Below, piece after piece: positions 24,626-38,705 of a stretch of 64,000 bases of DNA. Below the pieces are notes generated by a model. The model saw only the letters and a list, made by a program, of their open reading frames with translations, did no database searches and was not told the origin of the DNA. The position numbers and the translations under genes are program-made. Each line of letters begins with the position of its first letter. The first letter of the stretch is position 1. Origin of the DNA: Asterionella formosa (lineage: Eukaryota); NCBI GenBank assembly GCA_002256025.1, contig NKIB01012477.1, positions 1-64,000 of the forward strand, written 5' to 3'.

Positions 24626-25029
24626 ACGAGAGTACGAGGAGCTACATGAACGCACGAAATGATGGTTTTCTTTCAAGTGTCGACGGCAATTCCACTATTT
24701 ACATCCCTGCTATCTTCCAGCATGCTCCGATGTATACAAAAGCTGGTCATTGATGTCTCAAGTACTGACTCCTCATCAAATGGATCTGGTTGGTTGTTGG
24801 ATAATTCGATTTCTTATGGGATTTATGTCATTGCATCATGCTTGCTTCGTCACAGTGGCGCCAAAATTTCGGTTCCCCTTTCTGTTGATCTCCGATAGCC
24901 TTTCCGGTCAACTCCTTCGCTAGATTTTATATGTAGTGATAAAATAAATTAATGATTGTTCAAAAATGACATCAATCATTTGTTGAGTGTCAAAACTCAA
25001 AGCGTTATGGTAGGTCAAAGTTAGGCTTC

Positions 25030-25570
25030 CATCTCGCCATGGAACCGGTATTTTCGTCAGATATGATCAGCTGTTAAATTTTAACCATAATTTTGTAGTA
25101 TGTTTTCTACGTGTCCTACACTATCTCAAATCAGATCTCGGCAGCAAGTTTTAGTGCTCACATTTTGGCTTTTTTTCCGCTGCCCTACAATAGCATTGTT
25201 TCCTTGCTTTCTAATCACAATATTACTTTTGTTACTTCTGCATAATCTTCTACCTAGCTTTGTAAAAATAGAATCAAATCATACGTCCGTTGGAACTAAT
25301 TATTTAGACCATTCAATTGGTGTAAGTCACAACCCATTCGTGTCATTATTTATATGCAGGGATTTTGGTAGATAATTTTTTAAGCCTTTTTTTTGTGGGA
25401 GTTCTTCATGTGTTAGGAACCCAATCCGCGACAGGGAGCTAGTGGGGGTACTACCCCATTGTCTACAGGGACACCATCAGCTACACAGGATCCCCTAATT
25501 GATACTGAAAGCAATGATGATGTTTCTTCTTCAGTTATTGCAACAGGAAAAATGGCTCCTGTTGATACAG
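25030..25570 (+). mobile_element. Dispersed repeat, copy 1 (DNA-transposon-like)
   Basis: 25100-25205 matches the reverse complement of ~45490-45595 (tgtcctacactatct.aaatcagatctc..cagcaagttttagtgct...ttggctttttcc.ctgc.cta...tagcattgtttc). Weaker similarity extends on both sides. Confidence 0.65.
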
Positions 25571-25984
25571 ATGGTTTCATACCATAAATTTTATGATTGT
25601 ATGGACCCTGATCAATGCCAGTACAGAAGCATTTTGCTTCTTGGTGGTGAAAGGAAAATTCCAATTGCAACCCAAATATTTGGGTTTCAATCCAGATACC
25701 CATGAAATTTCAGAGAGCGATTTTCGTCATTCTACTGATTTTATCAACATCAGTGGGAAACCACTTGTCAAAAAAGTGTGAGGGAAGAAAGTTCAGTTTC
25801 AAAAAAATGGTCTCACTGATCAATGGACTGATGATTTACTTGTTTATTAAAAGGAAATCTACACTGGACTTTCACAAAAGAATTGATCTGAATATGGAAG
25901 GAATCCGCTATACAACATGAATTTTCTATAGTCTATAATATTATTGAGAAGGCTCATGTTGATATTTACTTGTTTTCCATTGTG

Positions 25985-27420
25985 TCAAAAGTATTTCTTC
26001 CCCTTCTGCATTCCACGCTGGTATGCACTACTTAATGGCGGTGGCGACAATGCCTCTGCTGGTGTCATTTCACCTCGCAGCGAAATTGCCATCAAATTGG
26101 AAATCTCATTCAACGAGAGATCACCACGACCCAACAAATAGGCTGATTTTGCAGCAATGGCTTCCACTGTCATGTCATTTGCAGAGACCACCCCTGCTTT
26201 GTGTAATGCTTGACCTGTCGCATACTGTCCCATCATGACACTACCTGTCTGACATTGTGTCGATGCAATGACAAGTATTCCCTTGTCCCTTGCATCTCCC
26301 AACAATTGAATCAGCGACTCCTTGATAGATGGTAAATTGCCGGTTCCATACAATTGCAATACCAAGGCTCTCAGTTGATTGCACTCTGTTGCTGCAGCGA
26401 TCATGTGTTGAATCATACCATCGTCAAAACCAGGAACAAGGCGCAATGTCAACAGACGTGTATCCATTTTCGAATGCAGTCGCAACACGCCTCGGGCTGG
26501 TGGCAGTAGAAGGTGTTCGTTTTCGTCAATTGAAATTCCAATTTTGGCCAGCGGTTCCATGTTTGGAGAATCAAATGCCATGAGACGGTGAGTATTAATC
26601 TTGGTTGATCGGCAAGCTCGTAGGAGGCGATCGTGAAAAAATATGGTAACCTCCGTTATAGTATCTCTGGAGGCAAAAATGAGCGCCATTATGAGGTTGC
26701 GTCGTGCATCATTATAAGGTTCGCACAGTGGTATTTGGGAGCCAGTAAAGACGACCGGCTTGCCCAAATTTTCTAGCATGAAACTCATGGCGCTGGCTGC
26801 GTAACACATGGTATCTGTACCCATCAAAACTACAAACCCATCAAAATGTAGGTAGTTGGAGTTGATATCGTTTGCCACGAGAGCCCATTCGGCTGGGCCG
26901 ATATCGGAAGAATCCAAAAATGGTTGATACCTGTTTTGGTGTCATTGGTTAGCAGTAAGATATCGAAAGTGATACAGATGCAAACTAATATCGACGTTAT
27001 AACTCACTCATGAGCCACCACCTCTGGCATGTTGTCTGCGTGGAGCTCCCTCATCTCTTCCAGATATTTAACAAGAGCACCTTGAACCGGGGCGAGAGCC
27101 CCTTGTTCGTTGGGGGCCATGGTCAACGTTCCTCCAGTGCAAAGCACTAAAACCCGTTTTTTGCGGCGTCCTTCTCTGTCGTGCACAGCAACCTGAGGGA
27201 TAAAGTCCTGGCTCAATTCTGGAGTGAGACCATCCGGATCATTGGTTCTTCCATACAACGGCCCAGCAGGTTGTTGTAGCGGCGCGCCCATCCATGCTGG
27301 AATCGGATAATGAATATGCCGAGTTGTCGTAGCTAGACAGCGAGCTGGAAATGGAGATATCCTCACCCTCCTGAGATGGGCCATTGATTTTTTCAAGCTC
27401 TCTATCGCAGGTCTCGGCAT
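25985..27420 (-). CDS. Type I L-asparaginase; exons 27420-27008 and 26930-25985
   Basis: TGGT, DSSD, GTDTM, KPVVFTGSQIP and AFDSPN motifs. A GT-AG intron (27007-26931) joins AHE-YQPFLDSS in frame. Confidence 0.92.
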
Positions 27421-27629
27421 GGTGGGAATGCAAAAACCGGTGCATTATGTCCGTAGAATCAATCATTGACTTTTGTTCTGTGATTTTATGAAATGGCACA
27501 TTTATCATTAGTGTACCTCGTAACTCGTACTCCAACCCCGTACCTGCAAGTTGCGTTAATTTTGTTTTAACTAAATGTTTAGCTTTTTAAATTCTATATT
27601 AAATTGTTTGTTTAAGCAAAATGACAGCA

Positions 27630-27705
27630 ACTTGCAGGTACCCGGTATGCATACCGGTACCCATTTCACTTGCAGGTACCCGATATGCATACCGGTACCC
27701 ATTTC
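27630..27705 (+). repeat. 38-bp tandem duplication containing the palindrome CCGGTATGCATACCGG
   Basis: acttgcaggtacccg(g/a)tatgcataccggtacccatttc x2, upstream of the asparaginase gene. Confidence 0.9.
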
Positions 27706-29874
27706 ACATAAAACATATGCTCGGAGTACTTCATATATGGATATAAAATTGAAAAATATGCATAGAGAGTAAAATCGCTGTCTTCATCAAGTGATTATTG
27801 GGCGCGCTCTGATATAAAAGAATATATTATTATTTCCCTGATATTGTAACACAAATCGTTGTACCCATAACCCAAAAATTTGTGTTTGTGTTGACCAAAT
27901 TTGGCAACTCTGGTTTGCACCTTAACACAATTTCTTTACAGTTTTATACAACTGTGTATTATAAAAGTGGATGTCTAGGCATGAATGTCTCAATATAATT
28001 TCCCATAAGATTTCAAGACTTGCTTGCTCATACCGAAAATGGCTTGCTCTCACCATAATAGGTATCAGTATGCATATACATATACACATTAATCATCCTA
28101 AAGGTTTATTAAATGTTCATCAATCGTCTGCTTCCATTTATTTTGTGATCATGTCTTCTTGCTCAAAATCCACCTGCAATACAATCTGAGCGGTCGCACT
28201 ATCAACTCATGTGCAATGTCTGTACTGGTTGCTGACAATAAAACGAAATGAAGAAACTGAGTGCATTTTATTATTCTATACATTAGTTTTTTAGCTTTAA
28301 TATCGCTACATTGTCAACAAATGCTTCCTGAAAGTATCTTGCCACATCATTTGGATTGCATAATTGTGCCTGACAGGCCCCCATGAGTTTCGTGTCCTTG
28401 CTCCTTGGCCGTGGTATGTGCTTTTTGCAAGTGTTTCATGACTTCTCCATACTTTCCCTCCTTTTACTTTGGATTACCAATGGCACCATGTAGGATACAT
28501 TGTAGCATAGGGTTTGAAATGTTGGGCATCTCCAATTTCAATAAATACTTTCTCTCAACATCATCATGGTCCACAATGATTTGTAGTGCTGCTGCCTCAA
28601 ATTTCAGTGCACATTCTCTCAGATTGTCCATTAATTAACTTTGCAACCAGTGCTTGATTTTCCAAATTGTGTGTCAAATACGCATGGTGTCCACTAGCCG
28701 TGTCCGAAAAATTCCTGGTGTCATGTCCTGAATTTTAACATTTTTGGTTTTACTGAAGCTTAAGCAGCTTTTGACATGGTGAGATGCTTTATCTTACTTA
28801 ATTGAAAAATTGAGTTTACTGATTCTTCTCAGAATTTGCAGTCAATTCACTGAAACTTGAAAAAGGGTGACAGACAGGTGACTGTTACAGCACTCCCTTT
28901 ATTTAAAATGTTTAAATCTAATTTCAAATTATCAATTGTTCTGAATTGGCCTGACTATAGCCAGAAATAAACACACTATTTACAGATTTCTTCAAACATG
29001 AAAAAGTGGTTAAAATTTATGGTCAATGCTGGAGTGCAAAGCAGATAACTCTTAAAATAGATTCCTTGTCCTAATATGCTTTAAAGGGTTGACTTATCAA
29101 ACAAAGTAAAATTGTGGAAAAGAAAATCGCGAATTAAGCAAAAAGTCTGAAAGTAAAAGTAAAATTTGCTGTAGCCATGTGCCCAAAAGAAAATATTAAT
29201 TTTCTGCTCTCATGTTCTTTTCATGCTTACACATACCCAAAGATTGAGCTTTCCTTGCAAGGTTGAGGACATGGACTCGCCACCAGGTTCTTATTCTTTT
29301 CTTCATTTTGAATCGTACATATTGCAACTTTCAATTACAAACACCAATATTTAGGACTCAGCTTCTTTTCCTTCACTTTATTTCGAATGGACCATATTTC
29401 AACATTCAATTGCAAACACCAGTTTTCTGACAAAAAGGTGTAGAAGAAATTATCGTTACAAGCATCAGTTAGATGAACAAAATGGGGCTCATTTTTGGAT
29501 GCTGTCACTTGGCCTGGAGCTTATCAATAGCATTCAGATGTGACAGGGAATACACAGAAATGACAACTCTAAGTTGACATATGGCCATCATTAATGGCTT
29601 TACCTTGATTTTCTTTTTTTATGCACTCGTTTTGTGTATAACTGTATACCGGTATAAACACCACAGAAATAGTTGATTCTGCAAACATACTGTAGCTGTG
29701 TAGAATCTACAATGCTCAAGAAACCGTCGTACCTTGCTGCATATGTATTTGTGTTTTTTTTTAAGCACGTTTCGGGTGGGGTGCTGTGGTTAATGATAAA
29801 TTTAAAGTAAGCATTTAACACTTTTTCTCGAAGAAATCCGTACAAACGTCGCACTCTAGGAATACACTATTACA

Positions 29875-30471
29875 ATGAAGACTTTTCAATTTACGGAAAT
29901 GAAAATGATGAGTGACGAGGACGACGTGTGCCAAGAATTTTTCGACGACGACTCTGGCATGCACATCTCGTCCGAGGATGAGGCTGAGAAAACTGGTGCA
30001 CCTTCCTCTAGTAACATTGATAGCATACGTATGCAACTATCCCATATTCGAGATTTATTCTTGAGTAATGGAAGCGATACTGGCGGGTCGTCGGAAGAGA
30101 GGGAGATGGAATTGAAAGCCAAACTTGCTGCGGCGAACAAAGTATGCATGGAAGACGTGGGGTTATTGAAGGAACATGCCACTTTTGATTTCGACATGTT
30201 CGATGACGACATTGTCGATAGTATTCACTTGGCCAAGCAACATAGACTGAAAAGTAAGGTAACGCCACCACGGAAGCATCATCCCATGATGAGCCATACT
30301 GAGATGAACGATAGTGCCGAACTCAAGCTAATGCAGGAGAGTGCCGAATTCAAACTCATTCCGGATGCTGATGACGCGCATTCCAAGCAAGAAGGGAAAA
30401 TGAACAGTTATATCACGATTCTGTCAAACGAAGAGGACAAGAAATTGTCATTCTCAGTTTCCAAAGACTGA
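29875..30471 (+). CDS. Hypothetical acidic, probably disordered protein
   Basis: 198-aa ORF with gene-like, CpG-containing composition and a TACCGGTA motif upstream. No recognised domain. Confidence 0.65.
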   Translation: MKTFQFTEMKMMSDEDDVCQEFFDDDSGMHISSEDEAEKTGAPSSSNIDSIRMQLSHIRDLFLSNGSDTGGSSEEREMELKAKLAAANKVCMEDVGLLKEHATFDFDMFDDDIVDSIHLAKQHRLKSKVTPPRKHHPMMSHTEMNDSAELKLMQESAEFKLIPDADDAHSKQEGKMNSYITILSNEEDKKLSFSVSKD

Positions 30472-31114
30472 TGTTTTAATTACCATCGTCTGGAAGAAAT
30501 AAGCAAGTATTCGACGGGCATCTCGTAATTTCCATCATCTGTTCTGTATAGGCACACAAGATAGCTTAGAGATGGAGCGTTTGATTTGAACGAGGTGTGG
30601 TTGGGGCCATTAACACTATATGACGACACAGTTACAGAGTAACTAGTCTAAACATGAGAATAAGCATTTGCAAATGTTCTGCTATTTCCCTTCGTGCTTT
30701 TATTTTATGGAAGATAAACTGTGGTTCGAGAGACTGAGGTCTTAGCTTTATTCTCTAGTACTATTCTAAACAGCCGTAAATCTGATGTACCTAACACACA
30801 GGAAAAAATGGCATTACTGCTCAGTATTTGAATATTTCGTGTTACATGTGTGTTAAAATAATCAAAATATCGATGCTAGACTAACTTTTCCTAGTAGTTA
30901 CAGGGGTTTTTACAGCTCACGGACCTAGAGTCTAAGAAGCTCTTACCTATTCTTGAGTAACTAAGTAAAGCAAACCCCTAAGGATCATAGCCTTGGGTGA
31001 ATTCCACTTAACAAGAGCTCATCTAGATAAGCTTATCCTTTAGCTCATTATGGCTTATCATAATAATTTCTCTTCAAGCAACAATATACGTACTGCTCTG
31101 AACTGACAACGATA

Positions 31115-31860
31115 GTGCAGTTATCCCCACCATCTTAACGCAACTTATAATGAGATGTGATCAATTCAGTTGTTTTGATGACTCTCCCAGCAATCGAAAC
31201 TCAGGTCCGAACAAACCCAAGAGATGTTGACATTCTCCTACAAAAATTGTTCATCCTTAAGCAATGAGCTCTACCATATGGTTCATCTTCTTTGAGCATC
31301 TGGATAAAGTTTTCTTTCCAGAGGAAGGACATCTCGAGTAGTTTGCAGACATGCATGTTGATACCTGATAAGCAAGTTCATGTCCACATAAACCTTATGG
31401 ATGTAATTGCAGAATGATCCCCCAGGTTGGAAGAGAAGTGCACCAAACACTGCAAGGAGAGTATGTTTGAATTGGTGCAAGACCAAATGAACATTTTCAT
31501 AGTAGCGGCCCAACATTTTGTCCATCACAAGTAGTGTTGAACTTGTCAACACGTATTTCAGCTACTCCAGAGTTAGCTGTAATTGCTATCCGCAGCATTC
31601 CATCAGCCATCTCATTCTCCTTTGGTCCTTTGGATGCTGGGCTTTGGCATACTCTGGAGATCTCATAATCTCCAAAAGATTAGTGAGGATGAAAATTGCT
31701 ATACTCTGACCACGCCAAACTAACCAGTCGAAAGCGTGAACAGTGAAATGCCGGAGTGGCCTAACAACAGCCAGGATTTGCTGGATACGAATGCGCCAGG
31801 GGGATTGGAATTCCCTTGGTAGACGATGTGCTAGTGAGGTTGTCAGATGATGCATGAATA
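31115..31860 (-). mobile_element. Degenerate Ty3/gypsy integrase remnant ending in a PPT-like tract
   Basis: In order: HRLPREFQSPW (cf. GHLPPRE...PW), ILTNLLEIMR (cf. DPVTNLVELIR), RWLMECCG, HTLLAVFGALLFQ (cf. HTTLxASPGALVF), ENVNISWV, then GGTGGGGATAA near 31130. A possible LTR follows toward ~30850. Confidence 0.45.
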
Positions 31861-32385
31861 GTCAATGCCATCTCCCCTTTTTCTTTGCCAATTTCTCCCT
31901 CTTTTCGTTCCAGTGACATCAACACTTCTTAAAGAGAAGTGTCATGCCGCAGAAGCCTATACTGATGATCATAAGAATGAGTTAAATGTCACTCAAAGAC
32001 TCGGTGGGATTTGCATTGACTGCCAAATCATCAACAGTGAACACCATTGCATTGATTGCAATATAATCGAAAGCTAAATAACATTTGGTGTTGTGGTGCA
32101 TGATTTTCTATACACAGCTCAGATGTGCAGGAACAAATTAGGCAACATAAATGTTCATTAAAAAAGTTAACTAAATAAGTTAAGCTATTTTTGAAATCCG
32201 TCAAAATGTTCTAGAAGTAGTTGAACTCACTTCTACCATCGGTTTTGTTTACCACCAGCAGTTTCAATCATATTGCTGTGTGTAGGAGGAACATGATGCC
32301 ATTCCACGCAATCACCTTGCATTGTATGTGAGACATAATGTGTCAGAACCTGCACAGTGAATGCAATCATTGCTGTCAAAACGAA

Positions 32386-32800
32386 TTATGCGAAGCACAC
32401 AGCCAGCATAATGTGGATGCATATTTGATGTGCTAAGATCGAGTCAGGTTGTTCCAGTTCTTGAGGAATATAGCCATCGACCTTTAAATAGGCTGAAAAC
32501 ACATCATTAACTTTTCTAACAGAATTCTTTATCATACCCCATGCCCATTCATTTCCATAATTTATTGGAAAAATCAACCCTGGCCCTCGCATTAGTACCC
32601 TCAATCACATATACAATAGAAGTAGCCTTTACATGTTATGATGAATCCACAGGGAACAACTTTCACTCTTGCCTGCCCAGAAATAATTCCTATCATGCAG
32701 ATTGGAAACAGCTGCATCGAATTTAAAAATGTGATTCTTGTTTCTTGTTCCTGGGTGTAGGTAGCTGATGGAAAAATCTGACTTCTGTGATAGAAAAGCC
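32386..32800 (-). pseudogene. Possible second Ulp1/C48-like peptidase remnant
   Basis: RITFLNS ... IFPINYGNEWAW ... IPQELEQPD loosely follow C48 motif order. Catalytic residues are not intact. Confidence 0.3.
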
Positions 32801-32972
32801 CTCTCAATAACAAGTAATTCACTCTTGCCTGCACAGAAATAATTCCTATCATGCAGATTGGAAACAGCTGCATCGAATTTAAGTATGTGATTCTTGTTTC
32901 TTGTTCCTGGGTGTAGGTAGCTGATGGAAAATCTGACTTCTGTGATAAAAAAGCCCTCTCAATAACAAATAA
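32662..32972 (+). repeat. Near-perfect ~156-bp tandem duplication
   Basis: ttcactcttgcctgc.cagaaataattcc...gccctctcaataacaa at 32662 and 32818. Confidence 0.92.
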
Positions 32973-33641
32973 TGGATATCCATTGGAACCTTTATATATA
33001 TATATATATATTTACTTTACATAAATATACATATATATAATCAAAACCGTACGATATTTTTCCGGAATAACGAGCTGGATGATACAGAATATCGGTATTC
33101 GGAAAACTGATGGTTTTGATCTAATGATAAAATGGTATATCGACGCCATGACATACACCACTTTTAGAAATTTCATCCATATAGGAGTTTTAATTATTTT
33201 GTAATTCACATGAATTATGGTAACTTCACTTATAACGTACTTTAAAAGTACACCATTGCTAGCAGAGGAGCCGGCATAGCGCTTCCTGATATTGCCAGCC
33301 CTTGTGTTCACATTTACCTAATAAGCCACTAGTACCAACCCAAGAAACATGGTGACTGTGGGCCCTCTCTTTGTCCTTATACACTGGGATTTTTGGCAGC
33401 TATTGCTTTCCATTTTAGTTATTGCCACTGATTCGTTAAAAAATCTCGGACTTTGACAGGAACGCTTTTTTGGGTCCAGCTCTCGATTTGAGAAGCACAT
33501 TAAGCGGGAATTGAAACAATTGTGCATCTCGAACGCATATTTTGTGCCTTTTGCTGTGGTATGTATTATGCCAGTGGATATACGTTACTATGTTACTAGT
33601 ACTACATGACAAGAAGCAAAGTGCAACAGAGCAGAACAAAG

Positions 33642-34047
33642 ATGCAAGCAACAAGTAGTATTACATATGTATGAAGTGCAACAAACAGCAACTGGTGAGT
33701 GCCAAGAGACTGTCTAGCTAGCAGCAATCATTGTATGCAAGTATCAATTAAACCGTCACCAAAATAAGTAACTTAAATTGTATTTGACCCAAAACTTATG
33801 TTAATAGAGGAGTATCATCGAAAACGACTATTATGCATGCAACAAGTAGTATTACATACATATGAAGTACAACAAACAGCGATTGGTGATTGTCAGGGGG
33901 CTGTCCAGCAGCAACATGTAGATATACTAACTTAAACCGTCTCCAAAATAAGTAACCAAAGTTGTATTTGACCCAAAATTAAATATTAATATTGGAGTAT
34001 AATCGAAAACGACAATTATTGGAGTATAATCGAAAACGACAATTATT
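33642..34047 (+). repeat. Diverged ~190-bp tandem duplication plus nested perfect 28-bp duplication
   Basis: atgca.gcaacaagtagtattacata at 33642 and 33833; attggagtataatcgaaaacgacaatt x2 near 33990-34045. Confidence 0.88.
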
Positions 34048-34559
34048 ATGGGAATAAAACATCAAAAGGGCTTATAAATAAAGGGTGGTAATCAGAAACG
34101 GACTAATGATATTGTGGCATCAAAATGTTTTTGTGACAACAATAGGGTAATCGTAAAAATAGAAGATTCAAACTCCTCATGTATGTATTACTAAAAGACA
34201 ATATACTGAGAGTCATCCTTATAGGCTAGATGCAATTTTTGGGGTCACCGGGTAGACCCTGTAGACTAGCTTCTTTAAGGGCTACCTCGGGTACCCTGAT
34301 CCTATGTAGCTATAGTAATGTGTGATACTATGTGTTATGATATATGTATGATATTGCAAATAGTACAGCGGCACCCCGGTGAGCTGTTGCATCTGGCATG
34401 ATAATGAGGACTATGTATATAGATATGACATTTCATATGCTTGTATGTAGTATTGGCAAGGCAATCAGGGGGGGGGGGGGGGTTGTGTTTGTTCATGTAA
34501 AGGAGATATACTTCATAGGCATAAGGTTCATTCAGAAAATGTACCGGTATTCGTACTCG

Positions 34560-34648
34560 CAAGTTCTAGTCGTTGTCAGCAAATTATAGTAATTGGCAGC
34601 CAATTCTAGTCATTGTCAGAAAATCCTAGTCATTGTCAGCAAGTTCTA
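34560..34648 (+). repeat. 20-bp minisatellite x4.5
   Basis: Consensus gcaagttctagtcattgtca. Confidence 0.85.
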
Positions 34649-35485
34649 AATGTAGAATGGTAGGATTACTATGTGAATTCCAAAGCTAGAAGACGGTTTC
34701 TTGAACCCATTCATCAGTTAGCAAATCCGAGTGGTGTTCAGAGACTGACTCTGCAAATTGTCATTGGTCAATAAGAGTAATTTTTTCCTAAATTACTTAA
34801 GGAATATTAAAGGCTGGCCTATCTCATCTGGCAGGCATGATATGATCCATTGGGAGTATGTCAAAATTGAAAAGGTGTGCATAAAATGTGCGCTACCAGA
34901 CCTTCAGGTATGCTGGAGTTGTGTAGACGTCTTATTTTAAACTCAGCATTTTAAAATTTACTTTGTATAAACATAGGATTGTTAGGTACATATGACAAGT
35001 AGGTAATCAAAATACTCGAACTTTCCCAGATTCTCTCCTCCCAGCAATACATATGATACTAGCGCAAGCATCAACGACTCCTTGTTGAAACTTCACCATG
35101 TGGACTGATCAGCTGATGAGGAGTGATGCATAAATTATGCATGATTGATGGCTGACAATTCTGATGGCGCGAAAGTGGACTCAATGGACCTTTTGACCAA
35201 GTACGTGTTCACCACAAAAAAGATCCAAGAAAGTTTGGTAACCTATACAGTATGAAGTAGAGATCTAGCTACCAGTCGTACCTGGTACCGGTAATGGTAC
35301 CAGAGTACCAGGCGCTAGCGCGGATAATCATGGGCGACGTCCATCATCGAGCCTCCTCCGTGGCTGTCATCACCTGTCATGGATGTCAAACAAATGCATT
35401 GGTTGCCGCATTACATACGTCGTCCTTGAAATTGTTCATAAAATATTCATCATCCGGAGCTCCTTTCACTTCATTTACTGATACG

Positions 35486-36566
<1,081 letters not shown>

Positions 36567-37021
36567 GCGTGATCATATGTTACTGACCAAGCATAGAAAT
36601 AAGACATTGGAACTTCCCCTGGTAATTTGAGCAGGTACGCACGAGAAGTTCGATGCCCTTGCCGACGACACAACAGTGTTGCCCTTGCAAAAGTCTTGTT
36701 GGATTTCGGTGTCGTAGGTATACATAATAGTCTCGCTATCTTAGCAGCATTTAGCGGTCGGGACATTAGATTGGAGGCGAGAGGTACATAGCTGATTCAC
36801 ATGTAGCTCGTCCAAAAGGGAGGTATGCTGGTACAGTGATTGTATCATGGATTCACGTGATAATGCATAGCGTGATATTGATGACAGAAATAGCGGTACC
36901 GGTAGTTCTGTTCGATGCATGGCAATGATTTCGATCTATACTGTTACAAGTCTACAGGGATTATATCAGGTTCATAGTATGCTTTCACCATTGCACAAAC
37001 TGACTATTTGCTACTCAGTAC

Positions 37022-38656
37022 ATGCGAATTCTTGCTAGAGTCTGCTGCAGTGGTAACGACCCAGCCCAGCCTACGATATGCTCCAAAAATGGCATTCCGA
37101 TAGCAATAGCAAGGATGATGATTGGTTCTATACACACTGCCCCCATGTTTGAGATTACCGATAGTTTGTTTCTCGTCACTTGCGCGATTATTACATTGCT
37201 ATTGGCGGTGCTGCTAAGGATGCTATTCGAACGACAAAGCGGGTTTGGGGCCAGGATAAAAGGTGCCGATGAAATGGACTGGCACGCTCTTGTTGAGGCT
37301 TCTGAGGGAGTTATTACCAAGGGAGAGCGCAAGCTTCTTGATCTTTGTCATGGGAACCGTCATTTGCTTCATTTCGTTGGCCGCACAATTCATTTCTGTG
37401 TCACTCGGGGCCACTCGACGTTTGTTTTTCGACTTATAAGCCATCTGCAGCGTGAAAAGTGGAGGGAGCGACGCGACGGATTATTGGAGACGACCTTGAA
37501 TTTTTCCTTTGACGCAGACGATGAGGACTATCAACTGATACGTAGTTGCTTAGTGGCCATGTTGGCCATCAAGACAATAACGTCGTTCATTCCAGTTAAA
37601 GTCTGCGACATGCTTATTCAAGAGGTCATACGGGAGAAGGTCAAAACAATGATACAGCAGGATGATGAAAACGACTATGTACTGGAACAAATCATCCAGT
37701 CAACTACAATTCGAATACGAAGTTACCTGCGACTCCTCGGGCTTGAGGACGGTACCGCTCTCTCTCAGCCGTTTTGGGAACGGAATGGCAGCGACGATAT
37801 TCTCATAGAGTGGAAAGACCGCCTAGTTCAAGTACTTTCGGCAACATGTGATCGTCCAGATGACCACTTGTTGCAAGATGTAGTCTTTGCTTGCCGTATC
37901 TTTCCTTCTTTCCTGGTGCAAATACGTCGATTCTATGATGCCCAGTGGTTGCTCCGAAATGAACGCTTTTGCATACTTCGATCGGAGGTACTGGGAGGAG
38001 AACTGGGGACGAAGCAGCATATTGACGATTTGAAAATGTTGCTATCATCCAGTCAGGACGCACTAGTGACGCTTGACGCAGCGGTGATTGAAAACTCCCT
38101 TCTTACATTTAGCTATTGCGTTCCTGACGATGGAGACGCCCTGTATGAAATAGGATGTTTTCTATTTCAATCCAAAAAGCCACTGGCTTGCATTGATGTA
38201 TTGGAAGAGGCCAGGTGGATATTCCATCAGAGACTGGAAGCTCCGCTCACCCTTGTTGCTGATGCTCTGGAATATTTAGGAACGTTGTACCTCGTGCATG
38301 ACGAAGAAGGTCTCTATTACCAATACTACGGAGCTGCTAAATCTCTACGAACAGTGCCCGATGTGCTCCAATTGTATGGTGCTCTGGAAGTATATTGCAA
38401 ATTTCCAATTCGTCCGATTGAAAGTCCTGGTTTGATCTTTCGAGTCGAGCGGTTGCTGGCTCGATTGCTGGAGGCTAATATTATCTTGAATCGTTTACTT
38501 CTCACACTGCAAGCCATGACCGACCTCCCAACGGACCCAGATATATTCAGAGAAGAATCACTGGTGGCAACTTGTTCACGGATCATTGATGGAATTCCAG
38601 TCCCATCGAGGCAGTCAAATTGTTGGTGGAAAGGGTGGCGTAGCACCATTACTTAG
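37022..38656 (+). CDS. Hypothetical protein with N-terminal TM helix and TPR-like helices; real start possibly 37146
   Basis: 544-aa ORF; hydrophobic FLVTCAIITLLLAVLL; GDALYEIG...VADALEYLGTLY resembles a TPR. Confidence 0.75.
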   Translation: MRILARVCCSGNDPAQPTICSKNGIPIAIARMMIGSIHTAPMFEITDSLFLVTCAIITLLLAVLLRMLFERQSGFGARIKGADEMDWHALVEASEGVITKGERKLLDLCHGNRHLLHFVGRTIHFCVTRGHSTFVFRLISHLQREKWRERRDGLLETTLNFSFDADDEDYQLIRSCLVAMLAIKTITSFIPVKVCDMLIQEVIREKVKTMIQQDDENDYVLEQIIQSTTIRIRSYLRLLGLEDGTALSQPFWERNGSDDILIEWKDRLVQVLSATCDRPDDHLLQDVVFACRIFPSFLVQIRRFYDAQWLLRNERFCILRSEVLGGELGTKQHIDDLKMLLSSSQDALVTLDAAVIENSLLTFSYCVPDDGDALYEIGCFLFQSKKPLACIDVLEEARWIFHQRLEAPLTLVADALEYLGTLYLVHDEEGLYYQYYGAAKSLRTVPDVLQLYGALEVYCKFPIRPIESPGLIFRVERLLARLLEANIILNRLLLTLQAMTDLPTDPDIFREESLVATCSRIIDGIPVPSRQSNCWWKGWRSTIT

Positions 38657-38705
38657 GAATTCTGTGGAGATACCTCCATCAGTCATGCTTGTTTCAATTT
38701 TGTCG

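Noticed and set aside
27780..29600. AT-rich block with a broken minus-strand reading frame near 28330-28650
   Set aside because: Probably TE debris, but no diagnostic motif or terminus allows a call.
31283..31855. Harbinger transposase reading of SPWR...AFDWL
   Set aside because: Several ordered motifs and a downstream PPT-like tract fit a gypsy integrase better.
35105..35180. Hammerhead ribozyme (CTGATGA...GAAA)
   Set aside because: No stem II or stem III pairing around the core nucleotides.
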